The position numbers and the translations under genes are program-made. A stretch of 64,000 nt of DNA, from assembly GCA_030704615.1 (NCBI GenBank), contig CM060732.1:57536001-57600000 (forward strand). Direction: 5' to 3'. Below the pieces are notes generated by a model, which saw only the letters and a list, made by a program, of their open reading frames with translations, did no database searches and was not told the DNA's origin. The stretch comes from Takakia lepidozioides. Lineage: Eukaryota > Plantae > Bryophyta. Of the stretch, positions 36,301 through 47,399 are shown one piece after another. The first letter of the stretch is position 1; each line of letters opens with the position of its first letter.

Positions 36301-39230
36301 CACTGAATACAAGGATGTATTGGCCTGGAACTACAATGATTTGAAGGGTATACCTTCTAACATCTGTCAGCACTGAATTGAATTAGAAGTTGACACAAAA
36401 CCAATTCGTCAGAACCGTTACAGAATGAACCCCAACTATGCAGCTAAAGTTTGGGAAGAAATCAAGAAGTTACTGGATGCAGGATTCATATACCCAGTAG
36501 AGACACCAAAATGGTTATCGCCCATTGTGATAGTACCCAAGAAAAATGGAAAACTACAAGTGTTTGTACCGCAACTTAAACGCAGGAACCAAGAAAGACC
36601 TTTTTCCACTACCTTTCACTGAAATAGTGTTGGACAAAGTGGCTGGACATGAAATGTACTCATTCATGGATGGGTTTAGTGGGTACAACCAGGTACAGAT
36701 GGCAGAAGAAGACCGAGAAAAGACCGCATTCATCACTGAATGGGGAGCATATGCTTACAAAGTCATGCCATTTGGACTTTGCAATGCACCAGCCACGTTT
36801 CAACGAGCAGTATCTGAGATATTCAAGAACTATCTCAATGATTTTATGTAGGTATTTTTGGATGATTTCAGTGTCTTTGGACAAAAATCCAAACATTTGG
36901 CACAGTTAAAACTTTGCCTACAAGCCTGCAGAAACAATGGAGTAAGTCTCAACCCGGAAAAATGTACATTTTGTGTGAATTCAGGAGTATTATTGGGACA
37001 CATTGTGTGCCAACAAGGAATTCTGGTAGATCCAAAGAAAGTGGAGGTTATCCAGAAAATACCACCACCAGAAAATCCCAAGAAACTCAAGAGATTTTTG
37101 GGGACAGACAAGCTATTACAGAAGGTACATGGACAAATATGCTCACAGAGCGGCACTAGTCTATAGACTGCTGAAGCAAGATGCCGAATATCGATGGTCT
37201 CCAGCTTGCCAGGAATCATTTGATTCACTAAAAAGGGCACTCACAGCAGCACCAATTCTGATAAATCCAAGATGAGATTTACCATTTCATGTACACAGTG
37301 ATGCATCAGGCATTGCTTTGGGAGCGGTTCTAGCTCAGAATGTGACAGGCACAATAGATTCACCAATCTATTATGCAAGCAGATTGTTGACAGCAGCAGA
37401 AAAGAACTATAACACCACAGAAAGGGAAGCATTGGCAATGATTTATGCTATTCAAAAATTTCGGCATTATTTACTTGGCAATCGCTTTAAGTTTATTGTT
37501 GATCATCAGGCTCTAGTTCATCTAGCAAATCGACCACTAACTAGTGGCAGGGTTGCTCGATGGTTATTACTTCTTCATGAGTATGACTTTGAAGTTGTTC
37601 ATAAACCAGGGAGATTACATGTTACAGCAGATCATCTGTCAAGGATTACTACAGGAGAACCAGCCATGGGGGTAGAGGATCAACTTCCCGATGCATTTCT
37701 GTTTGCTGTTCAACCAGAAGCACCAGATGAAGAGACAGATCCTATAAATGCTCTGGGAATGTTTCAAGGAGACTATGACCTTCCAGATGCTCTCAAACTC
37801 ATGGACGACACGGATGAAGATGAAGATTCATCCGATGAAGATGAACCTCTTGATGAAGGACTTATTATTGAAGAAGAGCCAGATCCACAAGAAGAAGATG
37901 ACAAGGAAAACGAAGAAACAAACAATCAAGAATTGGCCAATATCAGTATTGGAGCTTATACAGTCACCAAAGAAGAATCAGAAGATATTCAGGATCAAAA
38001 TCAAGATGATTGGCAATGGCCAATCAAATACTATCTGAACACAGGGAAATTTCCTGAAGGTTAGACCAAAGATGACATGAGGAAGCTTTCAATGAAAAGC
38101 AAGCCATATACATTAATCAAAGGGATTTTGTACAAAAGAGGAATTGATTCCATAATGAGAAGATGTGTAAACAAAGACCAAGCCAAAACAGTAATGCAAG
38201 AACTACACGAAGGAATTGCAGGTGGACACTTCAGTTCGGACCTGACAACAAAGAAAATATTACTAGCAGGCTACTGGTGGCCTACTATATTTGGAGATAC
38301 TTATGAACACTGTCAACAGTGTGATGTCTGCCAGAGGATGGGACCAGTAGAACGAACCGGGAAGGGGACTCTGCACCCAATACTACCAACAGAACCATTT
38401 CAGCGCTGGGGGCTAGACTTTGTGGGACCCATTAAACCTCCAGCAAGGTACACACAAAACCAATACATCCTCACAGCCACTGACTACACTACCAAATGGG
38501 TAGAGGCCAAGGCACTAAGAGACAATACTGCCAGATCAACAGCCAAATTCTTATATGAAAACATCATCACACGATTTGGATGCCCACTGGAATTCGTCAG
38601 TGATCAGGGATCACACTTCATAAATGATGCTATAAAATGCTTGACGGAGGAGTTCATGATTGTACATCACAAGAGTACTGCTTACTATCCTCAAGGAAAC
38701 GGTCAGGCCGAATCTACCAACAAAATATTATGCACTATCACGAAACATACATCATTTCAACTAGTGTATGGAGCAGAGGCACTATTACCCATTGAATGTA
38801 TGATACCCACACTACAAACCGGAACTCATGAACGATGGGGCTTAGAAGAATCATTACGAGTCAGGGAATATGAATTATTCCATCTGGAAGAAGTTCGAGC
38901 AGATGCCGCAGATAATATGGCACGGATCCAGGAACAACGAAGGAAAAGAATATCCGAAGGGAAAGAGAAATCTTTCCAAGACGGGGATATTGTATTATGG
39001 TTACCAACAATCAAGAAGATCAAACTGGGCGGAAAATTGAAAATGCCATGGATGGGACCATTTCAAATCAAAAGGGTACATGACAATGGAACTGTTGATT
39101 TGCAAACCTTGGAACAAGAATTCGTGGGACGAATTAATATTAACAAGTTAAAAGGCTACCAGGGAATACATGACAAAACCCTTATACATGATTTATACGC
39201 CAATGAGAAAGATCAAACTGAAGAGGAGGA
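33392..39230 (+). pseudogene. gag-pol polyprotein remnant (gag, PR, RT, RH, IN) with multiple stops/frameshifts
   Basis: ORF pieces 33386-34159, 34166-34936, 35180-35554, 35885-36376, 36425-37166, 37318-38064, 38077-39549 carry the canonical motifs in Gypsy order; the integrase has an internal deletion after 'ILCTI'. Confidence 0.93.
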
Positions 39231-39353
39231 GCGCGAAACCACCAATGCCTACTACATTCATCACGACACGGTGAATCAGCTTGTACTAAGACAAGTGGCA
39301 ACACGAATTCAGGGCACCACGACGGCTAGACAGTCTTGGCCTGCGATACTTCA

Positions 39354-41160
39354 TCACCACGCTGGACTGGAACCTGAAGCACGACGAGCTATGCAGGGAG
39401 TTCTTGGAGAATTACAACACCAGCACTCGGAGCACAAATGTCCACGACACGCACATCCTGCTGACAGAGAAGTACTTGGCAGAAGCTCTTTATCCTCTTC
39501 GTCCATGAGTTCCTCTTGTTCTGGAATTGGTGGCATGAACTCCTCATGAATGTCTGTCACCAATTTCGCCAACTGGCACTTCATCTGCCTCACCATTGCC
39601 CTGTTGAGTTTCTTCATCTCCAATTCACTCCCTTCATTCAACCAGGCTCTGGCTAAGGCTGCGTCTGCTGCATCCAACCCTGCTTGCAATGTTAGCTTCT
39701 CCAGCTGCTGTTTCCATTCTTGTTCATTGCCCATGGCAATGTCTCTTTCTGTGGTGGCGATAAACAGCCTGCTCTCAGCATTCTCCCTTTGCTTCAGCAG
39801 TGCAGTGTTGCTATTGAGCCACTTGGTTCCCTGATCTCTGGCAGTCCTCAGATGCCCCTTGAGTGTCTCCACCTGCTGCTTTAATGTTTGCACCTGCCCT
39901 GTGAGTGTTTCCACCCCTGTCTCTGTTTTCCGAGATCTCTCTCGCTCTGCATCGAGGTCGGCTTGGACATGGCGTGTTTCGTCTCTCTGTCTTTCCCACT
40001 TTTGCTCCCACTCATCTCTGCGTTGTGCCAATGTGTTGTATTGGCGGAGTAAGGTTGACTTTTGATCTTCTAATGCTGCAATTGTAACCTCATGGTTACA
40101 TACTGTTCTTGCAGTGGCCAATTCCCTCTGGTGCTTCTCTTTGATGTGGTCTAAGATCATGTTCAGGTTTTCCGGGCTGATGTAATCCTTGGCCCTGTCC
40201 ATACAAACTGTCAGTTGCCCCAATGCTTGTATTGCCTGTAGAATGACATTTTGTGGTGCTTCCTCCAACCCTGTGTCCCATGTTGTTGTATCTAAAACTT
40301 GTTATGCTAGTAGTAATTCCAAATTGGAATTTCTATCTTGCTGCTGCTGACTCGGTGCCTCTTGCACCATCTGCTGTTGTTGCTGATTGGGTGTCTGTTG
40401 TACTATCTGCTGTTGCTGCTGGTCGGGTGTCTGTTGCACCATCTGCTGTTGCTGCGCCACTATGTCTCTTTCCTCTGATTGTGTGGCCTTTGTGTGTGCT
40501 GCTTGTTGTGCTTCGGTGTTGCCATGGCTAATTTCCATGGGCGTTGCTTCGTTGGTCTGTGGTTTGTTCCATCTTTCTGACTGTTGATTCTCCCCTTCTC
40601 TCTGTACTGGGGAATCAGCCGTCGAGTTGATGATGTCCTCTGCTACTGCACTTGTGGTTGCTTCGTTGATCCGGGCTCTCTTTGCAAGTCCGCCCTCTTC
40701 TTCTTCCTGACATGTTGCCGTCTCACTTCCTTCTTCCTTCATTGTGTCTACCCGTTGCATGATTCCCAACGTCGCTTGATCTTCGGCCGTTAGGTGTACA
40801 GTGTGTCAAGTCATTTGGAGTAACAATGGAGTTGCCATGGTAACAGTCGCTTCCTTCTTCTTCTTTGTCAACCTGGTCAGTTCTTGAGTTAACTTCTTCA
40901 ATAAGAAGCTTGCACAATTCACGATTTGCCCATTGAAGCAAATCAACACTTGGTCGATTAGCTCCTTGGTACAGTAGCTATGGTTTTGCCTGAGGCAAAG
41001 CAATGTGCTAAGTACTGGGGCTATCTTCCTGAAGCCATGGTTTTTGCTGTGGCTGCATGTGTAGCCTTGATCTGCTTGGTTGAGATTCTCAAACAAATCT
41101 GCAAGTACAAACCTTGGAGGTTTGCCGGTGTGCGGTGGTACGTCCAGACTGGGAAGGTGA
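39354..41160 (-). pseudogene. Antisense extra ORF of the Gypsy element (~600 codons, two in-frame stops), Gln-rich repeats + long coiled coil
   Basis: ORFs 40806-41267, 40302-40769 and 39354-40268 share one frame, separated only by TGA (40806-40808) and TAA (40302-40304). Confidence 0.75.
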
Positions 41161-42064
41161 AAGAGAGACACCAATACAATCAACAACAACAACACCAATA
41201 CAAACACCACCAACAACACAACCACCACCAAACCAACAGACACTGGTACAGGCCACAGTAGGGCCATCTACTCAAGAGGTAAACCCTGTAACACTACCAA
41301 GTGTCCTGGTAGCATCAACTTCAGTAGCAGTGGATGATTTCCAAATCATGCCATGCAAGCAGGATGAGGAGTGGTTAAAGTATTCAAAGGAATACTTTAA
41401 AATGATGGTAGTACCAGCCCTCCAAATCCCAGAAATATTGGAGAAGGTTTTCAAAACCTTAACTCCCTGCAAATCATTGGGTCAACTGCATCTTCTCAAT
41501 CAAACTCTTATTCCTTTGAGATATAGGATGAGACCACTGGCTAAGGAGGAGACATGGTCAAGGGCAGAATTGGTTGAATTTTGGCGCCAAGCTCCTCTGG
41601 AATACAAGGAGCTAGTAGCTTACATGTGGGCAGTGGGGCAATTGAAGATTAATCCTACCCCGGCAGTAACCATTGTGATGGGATGCCCAAGTTTTTATAT
41701 TGGCAGTTACTTGTACCGCATGTTCGTGACAATGAGGGGAAGCTGGCAGCGCTATGAGAGTATTGAAAAAGATACTCATTGGGAATTACCCAAATTCCAG
41801 CCACCAGAGAGAGTCACATGCACTTCAATATATATGAATAGGCCACTTTATGCTGAAGCATGGCGCCAGACGAAGGACCACCGGAGGAACAACCAGACAG
41901 TGACGATAACAGGAACAAGAAGCTGCCACCACGACAATCCTGGGACGCACTTCCTACCTCGCAGACAGGCATGCCACCACCTTACATCCCCAAGAGATAC
42001 AGCAAGTACAAGAACTGACAAAATTGTGCAGACACAATTTCAAAAGAGAGGGGGGAATAAATGA
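41114..42064 (+). CDS. Sense extra ORF of unknown function between integrase and 3' LTR
   Basis: 316-codon ORF, Thr/Pro-rich start then globular-looking 'WLKYSKEYF..FWRQAPLEYKELVAYMWAVGQL..' region; probably frameshifted at the end. Confidence 0.5.
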   Translation: MEVCRCAVVRPDWEGERETPIQSTTTTPIQTPPTTQPPPNQQTLVQATVGPSTQEVNPVTLPSVLVASTSVAVDDFQIMPCKQDEEWLKYSKEYFKMMVVPALQIPEILEKVFKTLTPCKSLGQLHLLNQTLIPLRYRMRPLAKEETWSRAELVEFWRQAPLEYKELVAYMWAVGQLKINPTPAVTIVMGCPSFYIGSYLYRMFVTMRGSWQRYESIEKDTHWELPKFQPPERVTCTSIYMNRPLYAEAWRQTKDHRRNNQTVTITGTRSCHHDNPGTHFLPRRQACHHLTSPRDTASTRTDKIVQTQFQKRGGNK

Positions 42065-42911
42065 TAACGGCTATGCTACGAAGGACAGACAACGAGGGTC
42101 GCAACGGGACATACTGGGTAGTGATGGACGTACACTACCTGAGCCACAGGCAGAGACGGCTAAGTACGCGGTACTTAGCCAATGGCGGGACAAGGGTACA
42201 TTACCACGAGAGCAGTAAGGGGTAGTGTAGTAACTGTGAGCCGTGAACCACGATATCACACGGTCACGATAGCATCGACTTTAACCAATAGAGGGAGTAG
42301 TGGACCGTTTACCACTATGGCTCACGACCACTACAACGAACCACTTTCTAGCAAACCTTTTAGGTTGCGTAGGCAGTTAGGCAAACGGTCATTAACGACC
42401 GCAGGCTGTAACGGCTCTTTCGAGCATAGTATAAAAAGACCGCACGCAACTTAGAGGGTGTGCAGTATGAGTATCAGTGATCAATGTGTATTTAGAGGGA
42501 CTCAGAGTGATTCTGTGTACTTCTGTGATGATGTGACGAGCTCTGAAGTAAAGCCATGCTATTCGAAGTATCTCTGTGTAGAGTGAACGTGAGATGGTGA
42601 GAATGTGTATCATCTTAGAATAGTTCTTGTTTTCTCTTGACTACCATATGCTTATATGAACCAAGAGGCTTCAGTCCTTTCAACTAAGATATTTTATGCT
42701 TAAGAGACTGTAGATTGGTCTTAATCAATAGGATTAAGCAGTCTGCAAGGATATGGCTTCATCCGACGTTCATGGTTTAGCTATACTTAAAACGATTACT
42801 TCATAATCGTTTCTGAAAGCATACCGTCGGACAACCTCTGTTGCATGTCTTAGGAAATGGGTAGTAGTGTTAATAGCCTGTTTTGTCTAAGTCATAAACC
42901 AGTGGTTAACA
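42062..42911 (+). repeat. 3' LTR (850 bp)
   Basis: TGATAA...TTAACA termini immediately after the polypurine tract. Confidence 0.93.
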
Positions 42912-45202
42912 GGGTTTTCTCCCTACGCCTTTGATTTCTTGTGCACTATTCATGGTGTTCTTCTTGTATGGGAATGAAGGCGTGTTTTAGCAAATGATAA
43001 GAAATGGTTGGTACTATTGGCCCGATTGAAGCCATCAGTTTGATATATATCCCGGGGCTTGTAAAAGCACGGCTCGTGGGTGGATGCCATAGGCAGAGAG
43101 AGAGAGCCCAGAGATAGGGAGGAGAGAATCCCTGGTAGGGGTTTCAAAGAGATTTACTATTTCATGAGCCCATGAGCCCATTTCCATTCCCCAGGGTCGA
43201 ATTGGAGATCCAACAGGGGGCAGTGAATGAACCAAACGAAAGAGTTATGGATTGCCTACTGGATATCCTGGCCTTGAGGGGGTGTTGGGTTGATATTTTC
43301 TTTTCCATCATAGACTCTGATGTGAAACAGTTTCAACAAATCCCCTCACCAACAGATTGCCTTTGATATCTGCATGGAATTTAAGGCCAAATGCCATCTT
43401 CCCCTGGAATGCCAGCACCAGGACGACAAATGTTGGGCTCTGAACTGTGGAAGCCATTCAGGCTGGGGTGTTGCAGGCCCTATTTGTTTCGTCCAGTAGT
43501 GGGGACATGTAGTCTGGTATGTTTGAGAGGATAGTGGTCCATGCCCAGGCTCTTCTCCCACCCACCATTGCAGCTACCTCCTTTTCCGTGATGAATTGAT
43601 TGTTTGCTCTTATGTAAGCAAGGTGTGTAAAACCTTGTGCCTCCAAGAAGGCCCATCTAGGAGTCTGCTCAAGCAGGATAGAGGAGTCCATATTGTAATT
43701 TGCGAACAGCGGCTGCCTTGCACATTCTTGTGCTGTTTTGGGCATTGTTTGAGTGAGCCGGCCTCTCATGTTCTGCCATGCCATCCATATTGGTTGCCAA
43801 GCATTGGAACCCAACCTGATGTTTTTGTTCTTTCCCTGCACAATCCATCTCAGCGACTGGGCCCAGAGAGGGGAGGTAGAAGGTCTAGAGCCCATGAGAT
43901 AAGGCTGTATCAACTTGCTCCATGGAGTGGTTGTGTGAGTGATGGCCCTGGTTATCCACTCAGCAACGCCTGCGTTTGCTTGTCAGGATCGATAATCCCT
44001 AAGCCCCCTTTGTTTTTCTTTTGGCAAAGTTGTTCCCATGAAACAAGGGCTCTTCTGACTGGGCTCGCTGGGGTTGACCCCCAAAGGAAGTTCCACATCA
44101 TAGCCTTTGATTTCTTTATTGGTTATTGCTCCAGGGTTCCACACTGCAGAGTAAAACCACTTGGTTGCAAGTAGGACCTGGTTGACCACCAGCGCTCGTC
44201 CAACAATAGAGCATCGCTGAGCTCCAGAAAGCCAGTTTTTTCCTTATTTTCATGATGACCTCCTTCATCCTATTCTGCTAGGACATGTTATGACCCACTT
44301 GATGGCCAAGTAGTTTGTGAGATTCTCCCTCCTGAAGCCAAGACAGCCCAAGGTCGATTCCCCATGGAAGGTAGTGTGTTGCAGCAGAGCCAGCTTGTAA
44401 GATAGACAAGATTCCAACCGATTTACGCCAGTTGACTTTGAGTCCAGTGCCCAGGCAGAAGATATGAAGGGCCTGCAAGGCCTTGTCTATATTCCCTCTA
44501 TTGGAGTTGTCCAGCAGAAGGGATGTGTTATCGGCATACATCAAAGTTTTTAGCATTTCTGGCTGGATAGTGGGTAGGTGCAACCCAATGATATCATACC
44601 TTTGTTCAAACAAATGTCCCAGGGAGTCTGCTGCTATAAATACAAGAAGGGGGCAAGTGGATAGCCTTGTCGCACCGACCTGATAATTGGAAAGGAAGGG
44701 GAGATGACACCCTACTGGAGGCTGAATGCAGCAGAATGTGTACCCAGCTGATGAAGGCCCCCCCCATTCCAGCTTTCTCCAAAGCCCTCAACAGAAAATT
44801 CCAGTCGATTGAGTCAAAAGCTTTTTCGAAGTCGTGCATGAGGTAGGCTAGTGGCTGATTGTTGATATGTGCTCTGTGCAAGGCCTCATGTGCCAATAAA
44901 ATGTTATCCAGGATCATTCAGTTCTTAAGAAAACTAGTCTTATCTCTTCTGATGATCTTTGGCAGCAGAGGTTGTAGCCGGAGTGCTAGGGTTTTTGTCA
45001 CAATCTTGTAGGTTGTGTTAAGCAAGGTTATAGGCTTGTAATTTGCCATGTTGTCCCTTTGCTTTTTTTTGAAGATCAAGGTGACGAGGCCTTCAGAAAT
45101 CTGGGAGGGCATGATTTTCTTTTCCAAGATATCATCTCCCCATAGCACTTTAAACAGCTCAACCGGCAGGCCATCAATACCAGGGGATTTTTGTGAAGCC
45201 AT
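42912..45202 (-). mobile_element. L1/Tx1-type LINE ORF2 remnant (RT and C-terminal region)
   Basis: 'KSPGIDGLPVELFK', 'YKPITLLNTTYKI..LALRLQPLLPKII', 'ILDNILLAHE', 'DFEKAFDSIDWNFL', 'YADNT'; frameshifted. Confidence 0.92.
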
Positions 45203-45329
45203 TTGACCCTCTCATGAGACTCCCTCTGCAATTTTGTCAGCAGGTTGAATTTTCACAGGGGTACACCTTCACTTGAACACAGTAGCCCTAGTGACACCAT
45301 AATTTACTCTTGATTTGGCAACGTGTCCA

Positions 45330-46290
45330 CAATTTGTTTTTGGGGGGGGGGGTTGGTATCACCTGAGCATAAGCTAGCATGAGCGAACTCAATGAAGTGG
45401 ATGGTGAGAGATGAGGTGGGTGTGGTGAATGGCGAGGCTGTCATGGGTAAGCCCTGCACCAGTAAAATATCCGGGCAGAGCCTTGCGGGGCATGTGCATG
45501 TTTGGGATGCGCATGTGCATGGAAGTAGCCACGGTGGGACAGTGTGATCGGATGGGCGGCCTTGGTATGTGCGTGCGTTTAGAAGTGTATACCATCTGGT
45601 TTCGGTACGGCTAAGAAGCAATTTGTGGATATGCCAGACTGCTTGGTTGTGACGGGTACATTGGCTAAGTAGATGTGGCCACGTGTCAAGTTCTTGATGG
45701 GTGTTTGAGCAGAGTGGGCAATACGGAGATGGATAAAGTTGTGGCCAGAAAATGTGTTTGTGTTGATGTTCCATGTACTGGGCGTATCTAAATTTGAGGG
45801 TTTGTCGTATTTGTGCGTCTGTGGTGATTTTGGTATTCCAGAAGTGATTTGATAGTTTATGATGAAGCACATTGGATTGTGTCCATTTTTGGATATGAAC
45901 TTTAGTGTGGCTTATTGATGCAACAACTTGTTTGTTGGCTTCTCTGGTGAGGGTGGCGAGTAGGTTGCGAATAGATCTGGGTGTAGGTGGGTCTGGGATA
46001 GGGTGTATGAACCAAAAAGTGTGGGTGTGAGTGATGTGGATAGGGGACTCCAGCTTGAGCAAATAGATCAGCAGCATCATTCCCTAGTATCCCTGTGTGC
46101 GAGCGGACTTTATGGAAGTGGATGGGGTGAGAGTTGGAGAGGGCTAGTTGGACTATGGCAGTGATGAGATTGCGGTCTGGATGGTGGTGGTGGGAGGACA
46201 GGCGGTTTATGTGATTTCTGATAAGGAAGAGGGAGGTAAGGCTGTCAGTAAAGATACAGTAAGGTGGAGGAAAGTTGGCAAGCCTAGATA
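45330..46290 (-). mobile_element. 3' part of a non-LTR retrotransposon: RNase H C-half, CCHC finger, restriction-like endonuclease
   Basis: 'IFTDSL..HFHKVRSHTGILGNDAAD' (RNase H), 'CPLC..DTWPHLLSQC', 'RHNQAV', 'PDILL..HFIEF' (PD-(D/E)xK-type RLE). Confidence 0.78.
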
Positions 46291-46610
46291 CACTACAATA
46301 CACCCTATGTAATTTTGACGATTTAGTTTGACGCTGGCGTTGACTGTTGTCATTTTTGACTGTTCCAACCATTTTGCAGTCAACATTTATATTAAAATAT
46401 TCGAGGTGCTAGACAACCGCGAAGATTTTTGACTGTGAGAGAGTTTGACTACCTAAAATGAGCTCACTGAGACAACCAGTTAAGCAATGGCACGTGTCAT
46501 CACAATATATAAATTATATAGTAATATATATGTGGATAATAAGAATTAAAAAAAATAACCATTTTTTCACTGATCCAGCATATTAATAGTAAACTAATCG
46601 TGTGCTGGTT

Positions 46611-47142
46611 AAGGTTAGTGAAACAAAACAACTGAATTATATGAACGAATGATAAACAAATGCCTTGCTGGCAGCTATTGGATGAACGTATGAAAGGTTA
46701 GTGAAAGAAAACAACTGAATTACCTGAACGAGTGATAAACAAATGCCTTACTGGCAGCTATTGGATGAACGTATGAAATATAATTTTTGTGCACTGGATG
46801 AACGTATGAACAAATGATAAAGAAAACGCCTTGCTGGCAACTATTGTATGAACGGATGAACGGATGATAATGCACTTGGCTCGAGTTTAGGGTTGCTAGG
46901 TCGCAGTGTGCAGCCTGGCTGGGACTTAGTGTTTTTTGGGTCGGCGTGGTTCGAGAGCTCCGCAGGGCACTGGATGAACGTATGAACAAATGATAAAGAA
47001 AACGCCTTGCTGGCAACTATTGTATGAACGGATGAACGGATGATAATGCACTTGGCTCGAGTTTAGGGTTGCTAGGTCGCAGTGTGCAGCCTGGCTGGGA
47101 CTTAGTGTTTTTTGGGTCGGCGTGGTTCGAGAGCTCCGCAGG
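46611..47142. repeat. Tandem duplications inside the CACTA left arm (~83 bp x2 and ~176 bp x2)
   Basis: AAGGTTAGTGAAA... at 46611 and 46695; GCACTGGATGAACG...GAGCTCCGCAGG at 46790 and 46967. Confidence 0.85.
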
Positions 47143-47399
47143 CTTAGGGACTTAGCGTTTGTTTGTCTTTGTGCCACCATCTGTGTTTTCTTAAGGTTCG
47201 CGAATCAGGATAAGCTGTTTCTAAAAGACTAGTATCTTGCTGTGTGCACATGAGAGAGCGGGAGGGCGGGGGGAGGAGAGAATAGAGAGAGAGAAGTGCC
47301 GCGCAACGAGTGTACTGTTTGTGGGATCGACCTGTATGTTTGCTCTTGTTGTGTCGGCCATTGTCACGACGTGTGCTATATGGGAGCTTTAGAGCGGAG

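Larger units (their letters stand above)
32422..42911 (+). mobile_element. Near full-length, decayed non-chromovirus Ty3/Gypsy LTR retrotransposon with extra ORFs
   Basis: Truncated 5' LTR 32422-32756, PBS TGGCGACCATACTAGGGA, gag with CCHC knuckles, protease 'VLIDGGSG', RT 'MPFGLCNAPATFQ..FLDDF', RNase H 'DAS', integrase (HHCC, 'WGLDFVGP', 'SDQGSHF', 'GQAE'), 'WMGPF', PPT AAAAGAGAGGGGGGAA, 3' LTR 42062-42911; no chromodomain. Confidence 0.96.

Noticed and set aside
39230-39549. C-terminal extension/chromodomain on the integrase
   Set aside because: No chromodomain motif; the tail overlaps the end of the antisense ORF and likely reflects a deletion junction
33386-41160. In-frame stops as sites of U-to-C editing or readthrough
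   Set aside because: Nuclear TE; stops include TGG>TAG types and accompany frameshifts, as expected for methylation-driven decay
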